Part shown: piece after piece, positions 30,735 to 41,200 of the stretch
Layout of the letters: every line of letters begins with the position of its first letter
Numbering within the stretch: the stretch's first letter is position 1
NCBI GenBank assembly: GCA_964242495.1
Contig: CAXSZS010000002.1
Coordinates: 59,693-123,692, forward strand
Length of the DNA: 64,000 nucleotides
Direction of reading: 5' to 3'
Source: an uncultured Acidobacteriaceae bacterium
GTDB lineage: Bacteria > Acidobacteriota > Terriglobia > Terriglobales > Acidobacteriaceae
Translations under genes and position numbers: made by a program
The notes under the pieces: model-generated
Database searches by the model: none
What the model saw: the letters and a program-made list of their open reading frames with translations, nothing else
What the model was told of the DNA's origin: nothing

Positions 30735-32405
30735 ATGGCGAATCGCCGATCGTTTTTGCAGAGTGCTTTGGGTGTGGGGGCGGGGTTGTTTGCGAGCCGG
30801 GCGGCGGCTGAAGCGCCCCGTTCAGTAGACCGCACGGCGACGCAGGTGGCCTTGCGGGGTGGCTATCTGGGGGAGAGCAGCGGCTCTCTTTCGAAGCTCG
30901 ACGGGCACCCCGGTTCTGTGGTGACCACGCCGGTGGTGACCACCGATGTGGGCGATCTGCCGTTTGAGATGGACGGCGAGGTAAAGGTGTTCCGGCTGAC
31001 GGCGCATGTCTTCAAGCGGCAGATCGCACCGAACAAGACGATCGACGTTTGGGGCTTTAATGGCTCCGCGCCGGGGCCGACGATCCAGGTCACGCAGGGG
31101 GACAGGGTGCGCGTGATCCTGAAGAACGAATTGCCCGAGTCGACCTCCATGCACTGGCATGGGTTCGAGGATGAGATCGGCTATGACGGGATGCCGGGCA
31201 TCAGCCAGGAGCCGATCCGGCCGGGAGAGTCGTTCACCTACAACTTCACGATCAGGCAGGAAGGAACGTACTTTTACCACTCGCACATGGCGATGCAGGA
31301 GCTGGCGGGCATGCTGGGCGCGTTCATCATGCACCCGAAGGTGCCGTACCGTCCGCACTGCGATAAGGACTTTGCAATTCATCTGCAAGAGTATGCGGTG
31401 CTGCCGAACGCGACCACGCCGAACACGATGATGATGGAGTTCAACTGGCTGCTGCTGAACGGCAAGGCGGGGCCGGCGAGCACACCGCTGATTGTTCGTC
31501 AAGGGGATCGGGTGCGGGTGCGGTTTGTGAATCTGGGGATGGATCACCACCCGATGCACCTGCATGGGCACACGTTTTATACGACCGGCACGGAGGGCGG
31601 GCGCATCCCGGAGACGGCCTGGTGGCCCGGCAACACGGTGCTGGTCGGCGTGGCACAAAGCCGGACGATCGAGTTCGTTGCCGATAATCCGGGGGACTGG
31701 ATGCTGCACTGCCATCTGCCGCACCACATGATGAACCAGATGGGATCACAGGTCGGGCCGATGACGCGGGCCGCGGGTTTTCCGGGCGGCCAAGGGCTGC
31801 GAGGCGACGACAGCCACGGACGGGTGACGCCGCGCGGCATGGATGGTGACGCCATGCAGGGCATGCAGGGGATGGCTATGGGGGCACCGAAGGCCGCCGG
31901 CGATCCAACCGTTCCCCCTACTGCGCCTGAGGCGCTCGGGGTGCTTGAGTCGTTTGGTGCGGGCAAGCAGGCGCCCGTTCCAGATGGGCCGCTCGCGAAC
32001 ACGCAGCTCGATGCCGGGATGATGGGCACCATGGACGAGCAGAAGAAGAAGGGGCCGCGGCTCAGCCAAGAGCAGCAGCGGGACCTCGATGCCTTCGACA
32101 TGGGCGGGAGCAGCATGAAGGTGCAGGAGAGCGAAACCTCGCCCAATGCGAACAATGTGCCGAACTTTCCCCAGGACGCCTACATGGAAGGGCCAATGAT
32201 GAACATGGAAGCGCTGGTGGACAAGCCGGAGAACCTGGGTTTGCGCCCGAACTGGAGCCGGTTTATGCAAGGCATGATGACGTTTGTGCGCGTGCTGCCG
32301 CCCGAGCAGTACGACCGGGTGATGACGGCGATGCGCGAGGCGAAGCGGCCGGGCGATCCGTATGCGTCGCTCTACGCGGCGCCCGGCAAGGATTCTCGCG
32401 GCTAA
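30735..32405 (+). CDS. Tat-exported multicopper oxidase with compact (two-cupredoxin-like) motif spacing and a long Met-rich C-terminal tail
   Basis: ATG at 30735 with GAGGGAG 6 nt upstream. Tat signal MANRRSFLQSALGVGAGLFA. Copper motifs HWHG, YHSH, HPMHLHGH and HCHLPHHMMNQM. The tail from about nt 31740 is rich in M (GMDGDAMQGMQGMAMG, DAGMMGTMD, MEGPMMNME). Confidence 0.85.
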   Translation: MANRRSFLQSALGVGAGLFASRAAAEAPRSVDRTATQVALRGGYLGESSGSLSKLDGHPGSVVTTPVVTTDVGDLPFEMDGEVKVFRLTAHVFKRQIAPNKTIDVWGFNGSAPGPTIQVTQGDRVRVILKNELPESTSMHWHGFEDEIGYDGMPGISQEPIRPGESFTYNFTIRQEGTYFYHSHMAMQELAGMLGAFIMHPKVPYRPHCDKDFAIHLQEYAVLPNATTPNTMMMEFNWLLLNGKAGPASTPLIVRQGDRVRVRFVNLGMDHHPMHLHGHTFYTTGTEGGRIPETAWWPGNTVLVGVAQSRTIEFVADNPGDWMLHCHLPHHMMNQMGSQVGPMTRAAGFPGGQGLRGDDSHGRVTPRGMDGDAMQGMQGMAMGAPKAAGDPTVPPTAPEALGVLESFGAGKQAPVPDGPLANTQLDAGMMGTMDEQKKKGPRLSQEQQRDLDAFDMGGSSMKVQESETSPNANNVPNFPQDAYMEGPMMNMEALVDKPENLGLRPNWSRFMQGMMTFVRVLPPEQYDRVMTAMREAKRPGDPYASLYAAPGKDSRG

Positions 32406-32457
32406 AAACGGATCGCGCGACTGGGTGACGACGTGAACAGAGGCGGTGGTTGCCCGG

Positions 32458-32486
32458 CTGAGGGGCGGCGCTTGATGGCGCTTGGT
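32458..32486 (+). repeat. About 30-nt post-stop repeat (copy 2)
   Basis: ctgaggggcggcgcttgatggcgcttggt, followed by a partial echo acgcttgataggcgc. Confidence 0.5.
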
Positions 32487-32554
32487 AACGCTTGATAGGC
32501 GCGCGTAATCGCCGGACGTGATCGCCGCACGACGACAGCACACGAGGAGAGACG

Positions 32555-34240
32555 ATGAAGCATAGATGGATGGCGATGAGCCTAATCTTCGGGGTTGGCG
32601 CCTGCTCCCTGCAGGCGCAGCAGTCGATGCCGGATATGCCCGGCATGCCCGGTACGAAAATGGACCCGCCGAAGCCCAAGGCGCAGCAGGCAGCACCGGT
32701 GACCGCGCCCGTTCCCAAGCCGAACCGTACCAAGCCATCAAAGGATCCGGTGCCGGGCGACATGAAGAGCATGGGGCATGATGCGGGGAACACCAAGGCG
32801 AAGGGCAACGCGGCCAGCGAAGCGGATTCGGTGAGGCAGCAGGCCATTCAGCCGCAAGGGAAGCCGGGTGGGGACAGCGATGCCGGATCGGTGGAGGTGC
32901 CCATCCAGGAGTTGCAGGAGCCGGAGGCGATCGGTTTTCATACGGGTGCGGACCTGCCCGCGCCGGAGCTGCTGCGGGAGGTTGTCGGGCAGCCGCCGAT
33001 AACGATTGAAGCCTTCCTCGACATGGCGGAGCGGATGAATCCGACGCTTGCCCAGGCGCAGCGCAACGTGGATCGCTCGGAGGGGCAGGCGCAGCAGGCG
33101 AGCCTGCCCCCCGACCCGATTTTTGGCTACTCCGGGGATCACATCCGCGGCGGGGCTTACCACGGCGGGGAGGAAGGCGCGTTTTTTTACCAGGAGTTTG
33201 CCTTGGGACACAAGCTGGCGCTGCGGCGGGACATCTATCGCGCGGAGGGGCGCTCCAACGAGTTTGCCGTGGAGGTGCAACGGGCGCGGGTGCACAATGA
33301 TGTCGGCCGCGCGTTTTTCGACGCACTGGCCGCCCAGGAGTCCGTTGTCGTGCAGGACCGGTTGCTTGCAGTTGCTCTCGACGCCGAGACCAATGCGCAT
33401 GAACTGGAACGGATCGGCCAAGCCGATGCTTCCGACGTGCTGAACGCGGAGATCGCTGCCGAACAGGCCAAGGTCGAGTTTGAAGCGGCGCAGCGGCTGT
33501 TTTTAGCCTCGTTCGCCCAGCTCGCCACCTTTGCCGGCCAGACGGCGTTGGCGGTTCATCCCCTCAGCGGGAATTTAGTGGAGCCGCCGCGGTTGGACGC
33601 TGAAGGCATGGTCGTCACGGACATGCAGGAGAGCCCTGCCGTGAAGCAGGCACACGCGAATGTGAGCCTGGCCGAAGCGCGGGTGAGATCGGCGCAACGG
33701 GAAAAGGTGCCCAATTTCAACTTGAAGGCCGGCGAGTGGTATTCGGGGGAGGACCTCGGCGCCACAAACGTCAAGGCCGGCCCTATGAGCTTCGTCGAAG
33801 CGAGTGTTCAACTGCCGCTTTGGAATCGCAATCAAGGCAACGTGGAGGCGTCAAAGGTCGAGCTGGAGCGCGCAAACCGGGATGTGACCCGCACGCAGCT
33901 GCTCACGCGCAACCGCGCGGAACCGTACGCGCAGCAGTACGGGACCGCACGTTCCACCGCAGAAAGGTACCGTACCGAGATGTTGCCCAGGGCGCGGCGC
34001 GCGTATCAGCTTGAGGTGACGAAGTACCAGCAGATGGCACAGACGTACCCGCATGTGCTCGCCGCGCAGCGCATGCTGTTTACGCTCCAGCTGAGCTACA
34101 TCCAGGCGCTCGATGAGGAGTGGCGCGCGGCGATGGCGCTTGAGAACTACGCCTTGATGGGTGGACTGGATGAGCCGATGAGCGTAGGGCAGGATTCAAC
34201 GACGATCAATCTGCCCACCGCGCCGGGGGGGAGCAACTGA
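32555..34240 (+). CDS. TolC/CusC-like outer-membrane efflux protein with Met/Pro-rich N-terminal extension
   Basis: 561 aa. GAGGAGAG SD and a signal peptide. The extension carries [17 protein letters not shown]...GDMKSMGHD. Two OEP-type repeat halves follow. The stop overlaps the next start (TGATG). Confidence 0.8.
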   Translation: MKHRWMAMSLIFGVGACSLQAQQSMPDMPGMPGTKMDPPKPKAQQAAPVTAPVPKPNRTKPSKDPVPGDMKSMGHDAGNTKAKGNAASEADSVRQQAIQPQGKPGGDSDAGSVEVPIQELQEPEAIGFHTGADLPAPELLREVVGQPPITIEAFLDMAERMNPTLAQAQRNVDRSEGQAQQASLPPDPIFGYSGDHIRGGAYHGGEEGAFFYQEFALGHKLALRRDIYRAEGRSNEFAVEVQRARVHNDVGRAFFDALAAQESVVVQDRLLAVALDAETNAHELERIGQADASDVLNAEIAAEQAKVEFEAAQRLFLASFAQLATFAGQTALAVHPLSGNLVEPPRLDAEGMVVTDMQESPAVKQAHANVSLAEARVRSAQREKVPNFNLKAGEWYSGEDLGATNVKAGPMSFVEASVQLPLWNRNQGNVEASKVELERANRDVTRTQLLTRNRAEPYAQQYGTARSTAERYRTEMLPRARRAYQLEVTKYQQMAQTYPHVLAAQRMLFTLQLSYIQALDEEWRAAMALENYALMGGLDEPMSVGQDSTTINLPTAPGGSN

Positions 34241-36678
34241 TGCACGGGGGAGCGGGCGAGGGAACAGGGGCTGCCACCATCGATCCGGTGTGCGGGATGA
34301 CGGTCGATCCGGCCAAGGCTGCAGCGAGGGTGGAGTATGGGGGCACTTCGTACTCGTTTTGCGGCAAGGGATGTGCAGCGAAGTTTATCGCGGACCCGGG
34401 CACATATCTTCAGCCGAAATCGGCTGTTCCGGCGCCGCCCACCGCGGTGGAAGAGGGCACGGCCTATGTGTGTCCGATGGATCCGGAGGTGCACAAGATG
34501 GGGCCGGGTGCCTGCCCGAAGTGTGGCATGGCATTGGAGCCGGCAACCCTCGTGGCACCCGCAAGGCGCGTGGAGTACACGTGTCCGATGCACCCGCAGG
34601 TCGTTCGGCCGGAAGCGGGCGCTTGCCCGCTTTGCGGCATGGCGCTAGAGCCGCGCGAAATCGCTGCCGATGAGGTTAATCCGGAGCTGGTCGACATGAC
34701 CCGGCGGTTTTGGATCAGCGTTACGCTTGCCGTTCCACTGCTTGCGCTGATGGTCTCCGCGATGGTTCCTTCCATGCCGCTGCAGCATGTTTTTCCGCAG
34801 CGAATGTTGGCCTGGATTGAGTTTGCACTGGCAACGCCGGTGGTGCTTTGGTGCGGTTGGCCGTTCTTCGTGCGCGGCGGGCAATCCGTAGTGAATCGCC
34901 ACCTGAACATGTTCACGCTGATCGCCCTGGGGACGGGCGCTGCCTACGGGTACAGTGTTGCCGCTACTGTCATTCCAGGACTTTTCCCCCCTTCATTTCG
35001 TGCCGAAGGCGGAGAGATCGCCCTGTATTACGAGCCTGCTGTCGTGATCATCGCGCTTGTTCTGCTGGGACAGGTGATGGAGTTGCGCGCCCGGAGCCAG
35101 ACCGGCAGCGCGATCCGGGCGTTGCTGGGCCTGGCCCCGAGGACCGTGAGGCGGATGGACGATGAGGGTGATGAAACCGATGTGCCGCTCGATCAGGTTC
35201 AGGCCGGCGATCGGCTGCGCGTTCGACCAGGGGAGAAGATCCCTGTCGATGGCGTTGTGCTCGAAGGCCACAGTTCCGTCGATGAATCGATGGTCAGCGG
35301 GGAAGCGATACCCGTTGAGAAGGACGTTGCGGCGGAGGTCACAGGGGGCACTGTGAATGGGACCGGCAGCTTCGTCATGCGGGCCGAGCGCGTTGGCGCG
35401 AATACCCTTCTGGCGCAGATCGTGACGATGGTGAGCCAGGCACAGCGTTCGCGTGCGCCGATTCAGCGGCTTGCCGACCGCGTGGCGTCTTTCTTTGTGC
35501 CGGCTGTGATGCTCGCGGCTGGAGCCACCTTCATCGTGTGGTACCTGGTGGGTCCTCAGCCCCGCTTTGCGCATGCTTTGGTCAATGCGGTTGCGGTGCT
35601 GATCGTGGCTTGCCCCTGTGCTTTGGGGTTGGCAACGCCGATGGCCATCATGGTCGGCACTGGCCGTGGAGCGGGCGCAGGCATTTTGATTCGCAATGCC
35701 GAGGCACTGGAGACCTTCGGCAAGGTCAATCTACTGATCGTTGATAAAACCGGCACGCTCACAGAAGGCAAGCCGACGCTCGCGTCCGTCATCCCGCAAC
35801 CCGGCATGGAGGCATCGGAACTCTTGCAACTCGTCGCCAGCGTGGAGCGAGCGAGCGAGCATCCCCTGGCGGCGGCTATTGTGAAGGGCGCCGCCAGGGA
35901 GAAGCTGGCCCTGCTGGACGTGCAGGGCTTCCGCTCCGCAACCGGGAAAGGCGTGACAGGAACCGTCTCCGGCAAGCAGATCGCCGTAGGCAATGCCGAG
36001 CTGTTTCGGGAGCTGGGTGTCGATGCCACACCACTGCTGTCGCACGCAGACTCGCTGAGGGGGGAAGGCCAGACGGTCATGCTGATCGCCGCAGATGGCC
36101 GGCCGGCCGGCCTGGTCGGCGTTTCCGATCCGGTTAAGGACTTCGCCCGTGAGGCCATCCGGGAGTTGGAGGGAAAGGGCGTCAAAGTCGTCATGGTCAC
36201 GGGAGATCACGCTACGACGGCGCGAGCGGTTGCCGACAAGCTCGGCATCGAGTTCGAGGCCGACGTTCTCCCGCAGGGAAAGGCCGAGGTCGTCAAAAAG
36301 TATCAGCAGCAGGGATCGATTGTGGCCATGGCCGGGGACGGCGTGAACGACGCACCCGCACTCGCTCAGGCCAACGTCGGCATCGCCATGGGAACGGGGA
36401 CGGATACCGCCATTGAGGCCGGCGGCATCACGCTGCTCACGGGAGACTTGCGCGGCCTCCTGCGTGCACGGCGTTTGAGTCAGGCGACGATGCGCAACAT
36501 TCGACAAAACCTGTTTTTCGCCTTCATCTATAACGCAGTCGGCGTGCCCCTGGCTGCCGGTGTGCTGTTTCCGGTATTTGGGCTGGCCCTCAACCCGATG
36601 ATTGCGGCGGCGGCCATGAGCTTCAGTTCCGTTTCCGTGATTGCGAACTCGCTGCGATTGCGGACGGCGAAGCTGTAA
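34240..36678 (+). CDS. copA: Copper-translocating P1B-type ATPase
   Basis: 812 aa. N-terminal TRASH/YHS-like CGMTVDP...FCGKGC, then two CPM.P.V......GACP.CGMALEP modules. TM motif CPC, DKTGTLT, SEHPLA and [10 protein letters not shown] present. Confidence 0.95.
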   Translation: MHGGAGEGTGAATIDPVCGMTVDPAKAAARVEYGGTSYSFCGKGCAAKFIADPGTYLQPKSAVPAPPTAVEEGTAYVCPMDPEVHKMGPGACPKCGMALEPATLVAPARRVEYTCPMHPQVVRPEAGACPLCGMALEPREIAADEVNPELVDMTRRFWISVTLAVPLLALMVSAMVPSMPLQHVFPQRMLAWIEFALATPVVLWCGWPFFVRGGQSVVNRHLNMFTLIALGTGAAYGYSVAATVIPGLFPPSFRAEGGEIALYYEPAVVIIALVLLGQVMELRARSQTGSAIRALLGLAPRTVRRMDDEGDETDVPLDQVQAGDRLRVRPGEKIPVDGVVLEGHSSVDESMVSGEAIPVEKDVAAEVTGGTVNGTGSFVMRAERVGANTLLAQIVTMVSQAQRSRAPIQRLADRVASFFVPAVMLAAGATFIVWYLVGPQPRFAHALVNAVAVLIVACPCALGLATPMAIMVGTGRGAGAGILIRNAEALETFGKVNLLIVDKTGTLTEGKPTLASVIPQPGMEASELLQLVASVERASEHPLAAAIVKGAAREKLALLDVQGFRSATGKGVTGTVSGKQIAVGNAELFRELGVDATPLLSHADSLRGEGQTVMLIAADGRPAGLVGVSDPVKDFAREAIRELEGKGVKVVMVTGDHATTARAVADKLGIEFEADVLPQGKAEVVKKYQQQGSIVAMAGDGVNDAPALAQANVGIAMGTGTDTAIEAGGITLLTGDLRGLLRARRLSQATMRNIRQNLFFAFIYNAVGVPLAAGVLFPVFGLALNPMIAAAAMSFSSVSVIANSLRLRTAKL

Positions 36679-37039
36679 TTGCTTCTTCGGCGCCGGCGCG
36701 CAGTTTTCACGCGAGACGTGCCGCGGCTTGCGTCTCGGGCGACGCAAGTAACAAATGCCCTAAGTTTTGGGCGTTGATCGATCGCCCAGTCACCCGTCCG
36801 CCTCGCGCGCGTCAGAACGCTGCGGATAGCCGTCTCTTCGGAGGGCTGCTGCACCCGTGCGCCAGGGAGTGCAAGGCGAGGAGAGCAACCGAGAGTGCGA
36901 AGAAAAGACGCATGTCGGCTCAAGATATGGGAAATAGACCGGGCACTTACCCTTGCTCACTTCGGCGGCATCGGTTCCGGCCTGCGCGAAGTCGCGGCGC
37001 GGTGTCTAATGCCGGGTAGTCGCCTGGGTGTGAGCAGGG

Positions 37040-37095
37040 CTGCGGGTCTCTCCACCCCGCAGACGATACAACTGTCTACTTCGGTCGAGACGACG
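37040..37095 (+). repeat. Box-B hairpin repeat, copy D (long form)
   Basis: ctgcgggtctctccaccccGCAGACgatacaactGTCTACttcggtcgagacgacg. Confidence 0.75.
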
Positions 37096-37143
37096 GAACT
37101 ATACCGATGCGAAGATATGAAGGCTTCGAAATCTTCAAAAACT

Positions 37144-37222
<79 letters not shown>

Positions 37223-37384
37223 GGATGAAGCAGAGGCATCCTGGTATGTGTTCGCGTGGAGAAGGCTTGTCAGGGCGGCGAACGACTTCCTGAGTCTAGC
37301 CGCTCTGACGACGCGGGTCAACTTCCGGCCTCGAACGATTCCAGCACGGTGTGGATGCGGCGAGAATGCCGGGCGGGGGTAGGG

Positions 37385-37960
37385 TTACCAGGCACGGGAC
37401 CAGTCGGGACCGGTTTGGGCGTCGGTGCGGAGGCGGGCGTCGATGCCGGCACGGTGCTCAATGAGGCGGCCGAAGAGCCAGAGCAGGTCGGAGAGCCGGT
37501 TCAGGTAGATGAGCGCCTCGTCAGGAGCGAATGCGCCTGCCTGCTTCAGGCGCACGGCGCAGCGTTCGGCGCGACGGCAGACGGTTCGCGCGATCTCAAA
37601 GGCGGCAGACCGGCGGTCGGCGCCCGGGAGCGACCAATCAGACAGGATGCCTTCGATGGCTTCGATCGCATGCACCTGTGTTGTCAGATCGTCTACGTCG
37701 GCTTGCGTGAGGGATGGGGGTTGTGAGGAGACAGGTTGAGCGCGGGATAGTGCGGCGCCGACGCGGAACAGGGTTCTCTGGATGGTCTCCGTCCAGCCGC
37801 AGATTTCGGGATCGGTGCAGAGGCTGCGCGCGAAGCCGAGGGTGGCGTTCAGCTCATCGACGGTCCCATAGGCCTCCACACGCAGGTCGGCTTTGGAGAC
37901 GCGCTGGCCGCCGGTAAGGGCTGTGGTGCCGTCGTCGCCGGTTTGGGTCGCGATGCTCAT
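37385..37960 (-). CDS. PduO-type ATP:cob(I)alamin adenosyltransferase
   Basis: 191 aa. TGDDGTTAL..G.RVSK, RVEAYGTVDELNA and the C-terminal YLNRLSDLLW pattern fit the PduO/MMAB family. Confidence 0.85.
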   Translation of the reverse strand: MSIATQTGDDGTTALTGGQRVSKADLRVEAYGTVDELNATLGFARSLCTDPEICGWTETIQRTLFRVGAALSRAQPVSSQPPSLTQADVDDLTTQVHAIEAIEGILSDWSLPGADRRSAAFEIARTVCRRAERCAVRLKQAGAFAPDEALIYLNRLSDLLWLFGRLIEHRAGIDARLRTDAQTGPDWSRAW

Positions 37961-38066
37961 CGGATGTTCGAGTCTCCCGGGATAAGTTTGCGCTCCAAAG
38001 AGCTAAATTCTGATCGTAGCGCGCAGGACAGGGCCATGGGCGGTGGCGCGCAAAAGCGGTTTTACC

Positions 38067-38834
38067 CTATTGATTGACGCCGCTGGCAAGAAACCCGCCA
38101 TCGACCGCGATGATCTGGCCGGTGGTGAAGCTGGTTGCGTCGGAAGCCAGATAAAGCGCCGTGGAGACCAGTTCTTCGGCACGGCCGAATCGGTGCATGG
38201 GGGTGCGAAGGGTGAACTCCTGCCCGCGCGGAGAGTCGAGCAACGCGCTGTTCAGGGCAGTGGGAAAGACACCGGGCGCGATGGCGTTCACGAAGACGTT
38301 ATAGGGTGCCCATTCGATGGCGAGTGACTTTGTGAGCGAACCGACGGCGGCCTTGCTGGCGGCGTAGGGAGCGACTTCGAGCAAGGCGACAAAGGTGCTC
38401 AACGAGGCGATGTTGATGATGCGGCCCCCGCGGCGCTCGACCATGGCGGCGCCGAAGATCTGGCAGGCGCGCAGGGTACCGGTCACGTTAATGTCGAAGA
38501 TGCGATTCCAGAGGTCTTCCGTGCACTCGAGGGTGGGGACGCGTTTGGTCATGCCGGCGCAATTGATGAGGATGTCGACGGCGCCGAACTCGGCCAGCAC
38601 GGCTTCGTGCAGTTCGGTGAGCGAGGCACGGGAGGCAACATCGGCGGGCTTGGCCAGGGTGCGGCGGCCCAACAGACGGAGTTCGTCAGCGACAGCGGCG
38701 GTGGACTCCACCGAGCGGGAGGCGGCCACGACGTCCGCACCGGCTTCTGCTAGGCCGAGTGCGAGCGCTTTACCGATGCCCGAGGTGCCGCCGATCACAA
38801 CGGCGCATTTGCCTTGCAGTGAAAATGGGTGCAT
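38067..38834 (-). CDS. SDR-family oxidoreductase (gluconate-5-dehydrogenase/FabG-like)
   Basis: 255 aa. GGTSGIGKA, NCAG and the catalytic YAASKAA. Confidence 0.85.
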   Translation of the reverse strand: MHPFSLQGKCAVVIGGTSGIGKALALGLAEAGADVVAASRSVESTAAVADELRLLGRRTLAKPADVASRASLTELHEAVLAEFGAVDILINCAGMTKRVPTLECTEDLWNRIFDINVTGTLRACQIFGAAMVERRGGRIINIASLSTFVALLEVAPYAASKAAVGSLTKSLAIEWAPYNVFVNAIAPGVFPTALNSALLDSPRGQEFTLRTPMHRFGRAEELVSTALYLASDATSFTTGQIIAVDGGFLASGVNQ

Positions 38835-39005
38835 TTCTGTCTTTGTACACTGTGTTTGTACACCGGATGCGCGCCCAAGACGAGCTCGTGTGCTTAAGGC
38901 GAGCGACTCAAGGAGCGCAAGATGAGCGCTGTGGCTTTTGCACCTCGCGCATGCCCGTCGCCTCTGCCCGCGTGACTTGCTCGAAGAAGTAAGCTGACCC
39001 AGTTC

Positions 39006-39533
39006 ATGTATCTTCGATCCTACAAAGCGGAAGACCTTCCCGGTATGTTCGCCCTTGATGAGGTGTGCTTCGATGCCCCCTTCCGGTTCTCGTCAGGGAT
39101 GATGCGTCGCATGGCGAGCATGAAGAATGCAATCGTGCAGCTTGTGTGTGAGGCGGGCAGCCCCGAAGCCTGCGACGACAGCCGGGAACACCTGTTGGGG
39201 TTCTGTATCGTGCATCTGGACCGCAGGAAGACCGGGGTCTTCGGCTATGTGGTGACGCTCGATGTCGATCCCGCAGCACGACGTCAGGGCATTGCAGCCA
39301 TGCTGATGCAGATCACGGAGGAGGCCGCCGCGGCCGGCGGGGCTACCGCGATGCGCTTGCATGTTTACGCCGGCAACCCCCGGGCGATCCGGTTGTATGA
39401 GCGATCGGGGTACATGCTCGCCCGGGCTGCCAAGGATTTCTATGGACCGGGGCTTGACGCGCTGGTGTACGTAAAACTACTGGGAACCAAGGTGGCCGAG
39501 CTAGAACAACCATCTTCACCGTCAGGGGCGTGA
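39006..39533 (+). CDS. GNAT-family N-acetyltransferase
   Basis: 175 aa. The RRQGIAAML and AIRLYERSGY motifs indicate an acetyl-CoA-binding core. Confidence 0.75.
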   Translation: MYLRSYKAEDLPGMFALDEVCFDAPFRFSSGMMRRMASMKNAIVQLVCEAGSPEACDDSREHLLGFCIVHLDRRKTGVFGYVVTLDVDPAARRQGIAAMLMQITEEAAAAGGATAMRLHVYAGNPRAIRLYERSGYMLARAAKDFYGPGLDALVYVKLLGTKVAELEQPSSPSGA

Positions 39534-41197
39534 CGCTTGTTCGGACCGGAACGGTGCACATCGGGGAGCTGCGCGTTATAGCTTCGATCAAAGCGCAGCA
39601 CGGCAGCCCATTCCCCGTTGCGGTCATCCTGCCAGACGACCCTGCCGCCGAGCCGGCGCGCGATCTCGGCGGGCGAGAGGTCCCGTTGCACCGCATATTT
39701 GCGGCCCCGGCGCGAATCGGGGTGCGAGAGAAGATATGCCCCGAGAGCCGGCGCGATGTACTGCGTGGAAAAGACCAAGGCCGTGTCGAACTGCCCAGGT
39801 TCTTGGGCGGCTTTGGCGATCTCGGGCGCGGTGAAGTTCTCAATCGCGTGAACGCGGAAGGCGTGGTCGGTGTAGCCCAGGTCGGGTCGCGTCAGCTCGG
39901 CATCGGCCGGCCAGGCGCTGAGCACGACCGCTTGCGGCTCATGTTGCTGGAGGAAGGCAATGGCTTCCTGGTGCACGACGATCATGTCGCGGTAGGTGAG
40001 ATTGTCCTCGGGCGCAAAATAGGTGGGCGGGTTGAGCCAGAGTGCACTGAAGAAAGCCGCCCCGGTGAGCCATGCCAACCAGGGCCAGTGCACCGTATGG
40101 CTTTGCCAAACCGAAACGCAGACCAGGAGCAGCAAGGGGTACATCGGCAGCAGATAGCGCGTGAGCAGCGCACCGCCCAACACGGAGAACGCAAGCCAGT
40201 TGACCAGGATCAGCGCCCCGATGGACCGTAGGACGGGCAGGGGCAGGGAGCGTCCGAAGGCTCCGGACCGTCGTGGCAGCCACAGGCACGCGAGTGCGAA
40301 GACAAGGGGAACCCAGACGTCCCTCTGCCAGAAGAGGTGTAAGAAGCGGTAGCCGAAAGACCGGGCGATGTGCGCGAAGGTCAGATTCGCGGTGGCGTTG
40401 TAGCGCAGGAACTCGGGGTTCCCGAAGGTGAAGCCGGTCTTCCAGCGGTGATAGCCGAACCAAAGCGCAAGGACAGGGAACGGGGCGCACAGTGGCGTGA
40501 GCCAACGAAGCTGTGTCGGGCGTTGCTGCCGAGGCTGTCCGAAGACCGCCAGCCCGGCCAAGGTGGCCAAGGTAAGCGGCTGCAGGATGGCCGTTTCCTT
40601 TGCCAGCACGGAAAGGGAAAACAGCACTGCGACCGCTGCGAGACGTTGCGGGCTGCTCCCCGGCGCGCCGTCGGCTCCCTGGCTGTTTATGGCGCTGAGC
40701 TGCTCAGGCGCGGTGAAATAGAGAGCAAAGGCGCTCAAGCTGAAAGCCGCGGCAAAGATATCGGCGTGGGCGAGGCTGCTCTGTGCAAACCAGATTGGGT
40801 AGAGCGCCACCAGGGCTGTGACGGCCCAGGCGGCCTGCCTACCCAGCAGGTGTTTCCCCATCTGGTAGACGGCGAGCAGGCCTAACGCCGCGAAGCCGCA
40901 GACGGTGAGCCGCGTGACCAGAAAGTGGTAGCCGAACAGATGCCACAGCAGCCCGAGCACAACATTCGGCAGCGGTGGATGGGCGTTGGTGAACCGGGGG
41001 ATGAGCGTCCCGCGCTGGTAGAAGTCCAGGGCAGCCGGAACGTAGTACCCACCTTCATCCCAGAAATAGGGAAGCCGCAACAGGGTGGCGTGCCCCAGGG
41101 CAACGGCTGCGAACAGGAGGAACCAACCTGCGAACAGCGCCCCCGCCTGGGGGAGTGAGGGCCGGCGCGGAAGCGAACCGGCCACTGGCTCCGGCAC
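39440..41197 (-). CDS. ArnT/PMT-like (GT39/GT83-type) membrane glycosyltransferase
   Basis: 585 aa with GTG start. About 11 TM segments. An N-terminal loop carries YFWDEGGYYVPA. Has a soluble C-terminal domain. The 3' end overlaps the convergent GNAT gene by 94 nt. Confidence 0.7.
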   Translation of the reverse strand: MPEPVAGSLPRRPSLPQAGALFAGWFLLFAAVALGHATLLRLPYFWDEGGYYVPAALDFYQRGTLIPRFTNAHPPLPNVVLGLLWHLFGYHFLVTRLTVCGFAALGLLAVYQMGKHLLGRQAAWAVTALVALYPIWFAQSSLAHADIFAAAFSLSAFALYFTAPEQLSAINSQGADGAPGSSPQRLAAVAVLFSLSVLAKETAILQPLTLATLAGLAVFGQPRQQRPTQLRWLTPLCAPFPVLALWFGYHRWKTGFTFGNPEFLRYNATANLTFAHIARSFGYRFLHLFWQRDVWVPLVFALACLWLPRRSGAFGRSLPLPVLRSIGALILVNWLAFSVLGGALLTRYLLPMYPLLLLVCVSVWQSHTVHWPWLAWLTGAAFFSALWLNPPTYFAPEDNLTYRDMIVVHQEAIAFLQQHEPQAVVLSAWPADAELTRPDLGYTDHAFRVHAIENFTAPEIAKAAQEPGQFDTALVFSTQYIAPALGAYLLSHPDSRRGRKYAVQRDLSPAEIARRLGGRVVWQDDRNGEWAAVLRFDRSYNAQLPDVHRSGPNKRHAPDGEDGCSSSATLVPSSFTYTSASSPGP

Positions 41198-41200
41198 GTG

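Noticed and set aside
36812-36913. 33-codon minus-strand ORF MRLFFALSVALLALHSLAHGCSSPPKRRLSAAF (signal/lipobox-like) in the 465-nt gap after copA
   Set aside because: It is too short and has no support. It may be a remnant of a lipoprotein gene, but I cannot substantiate that. The listed ORFs here (36528-36923, 36774-37019, 36895-37293) also look non-coding.
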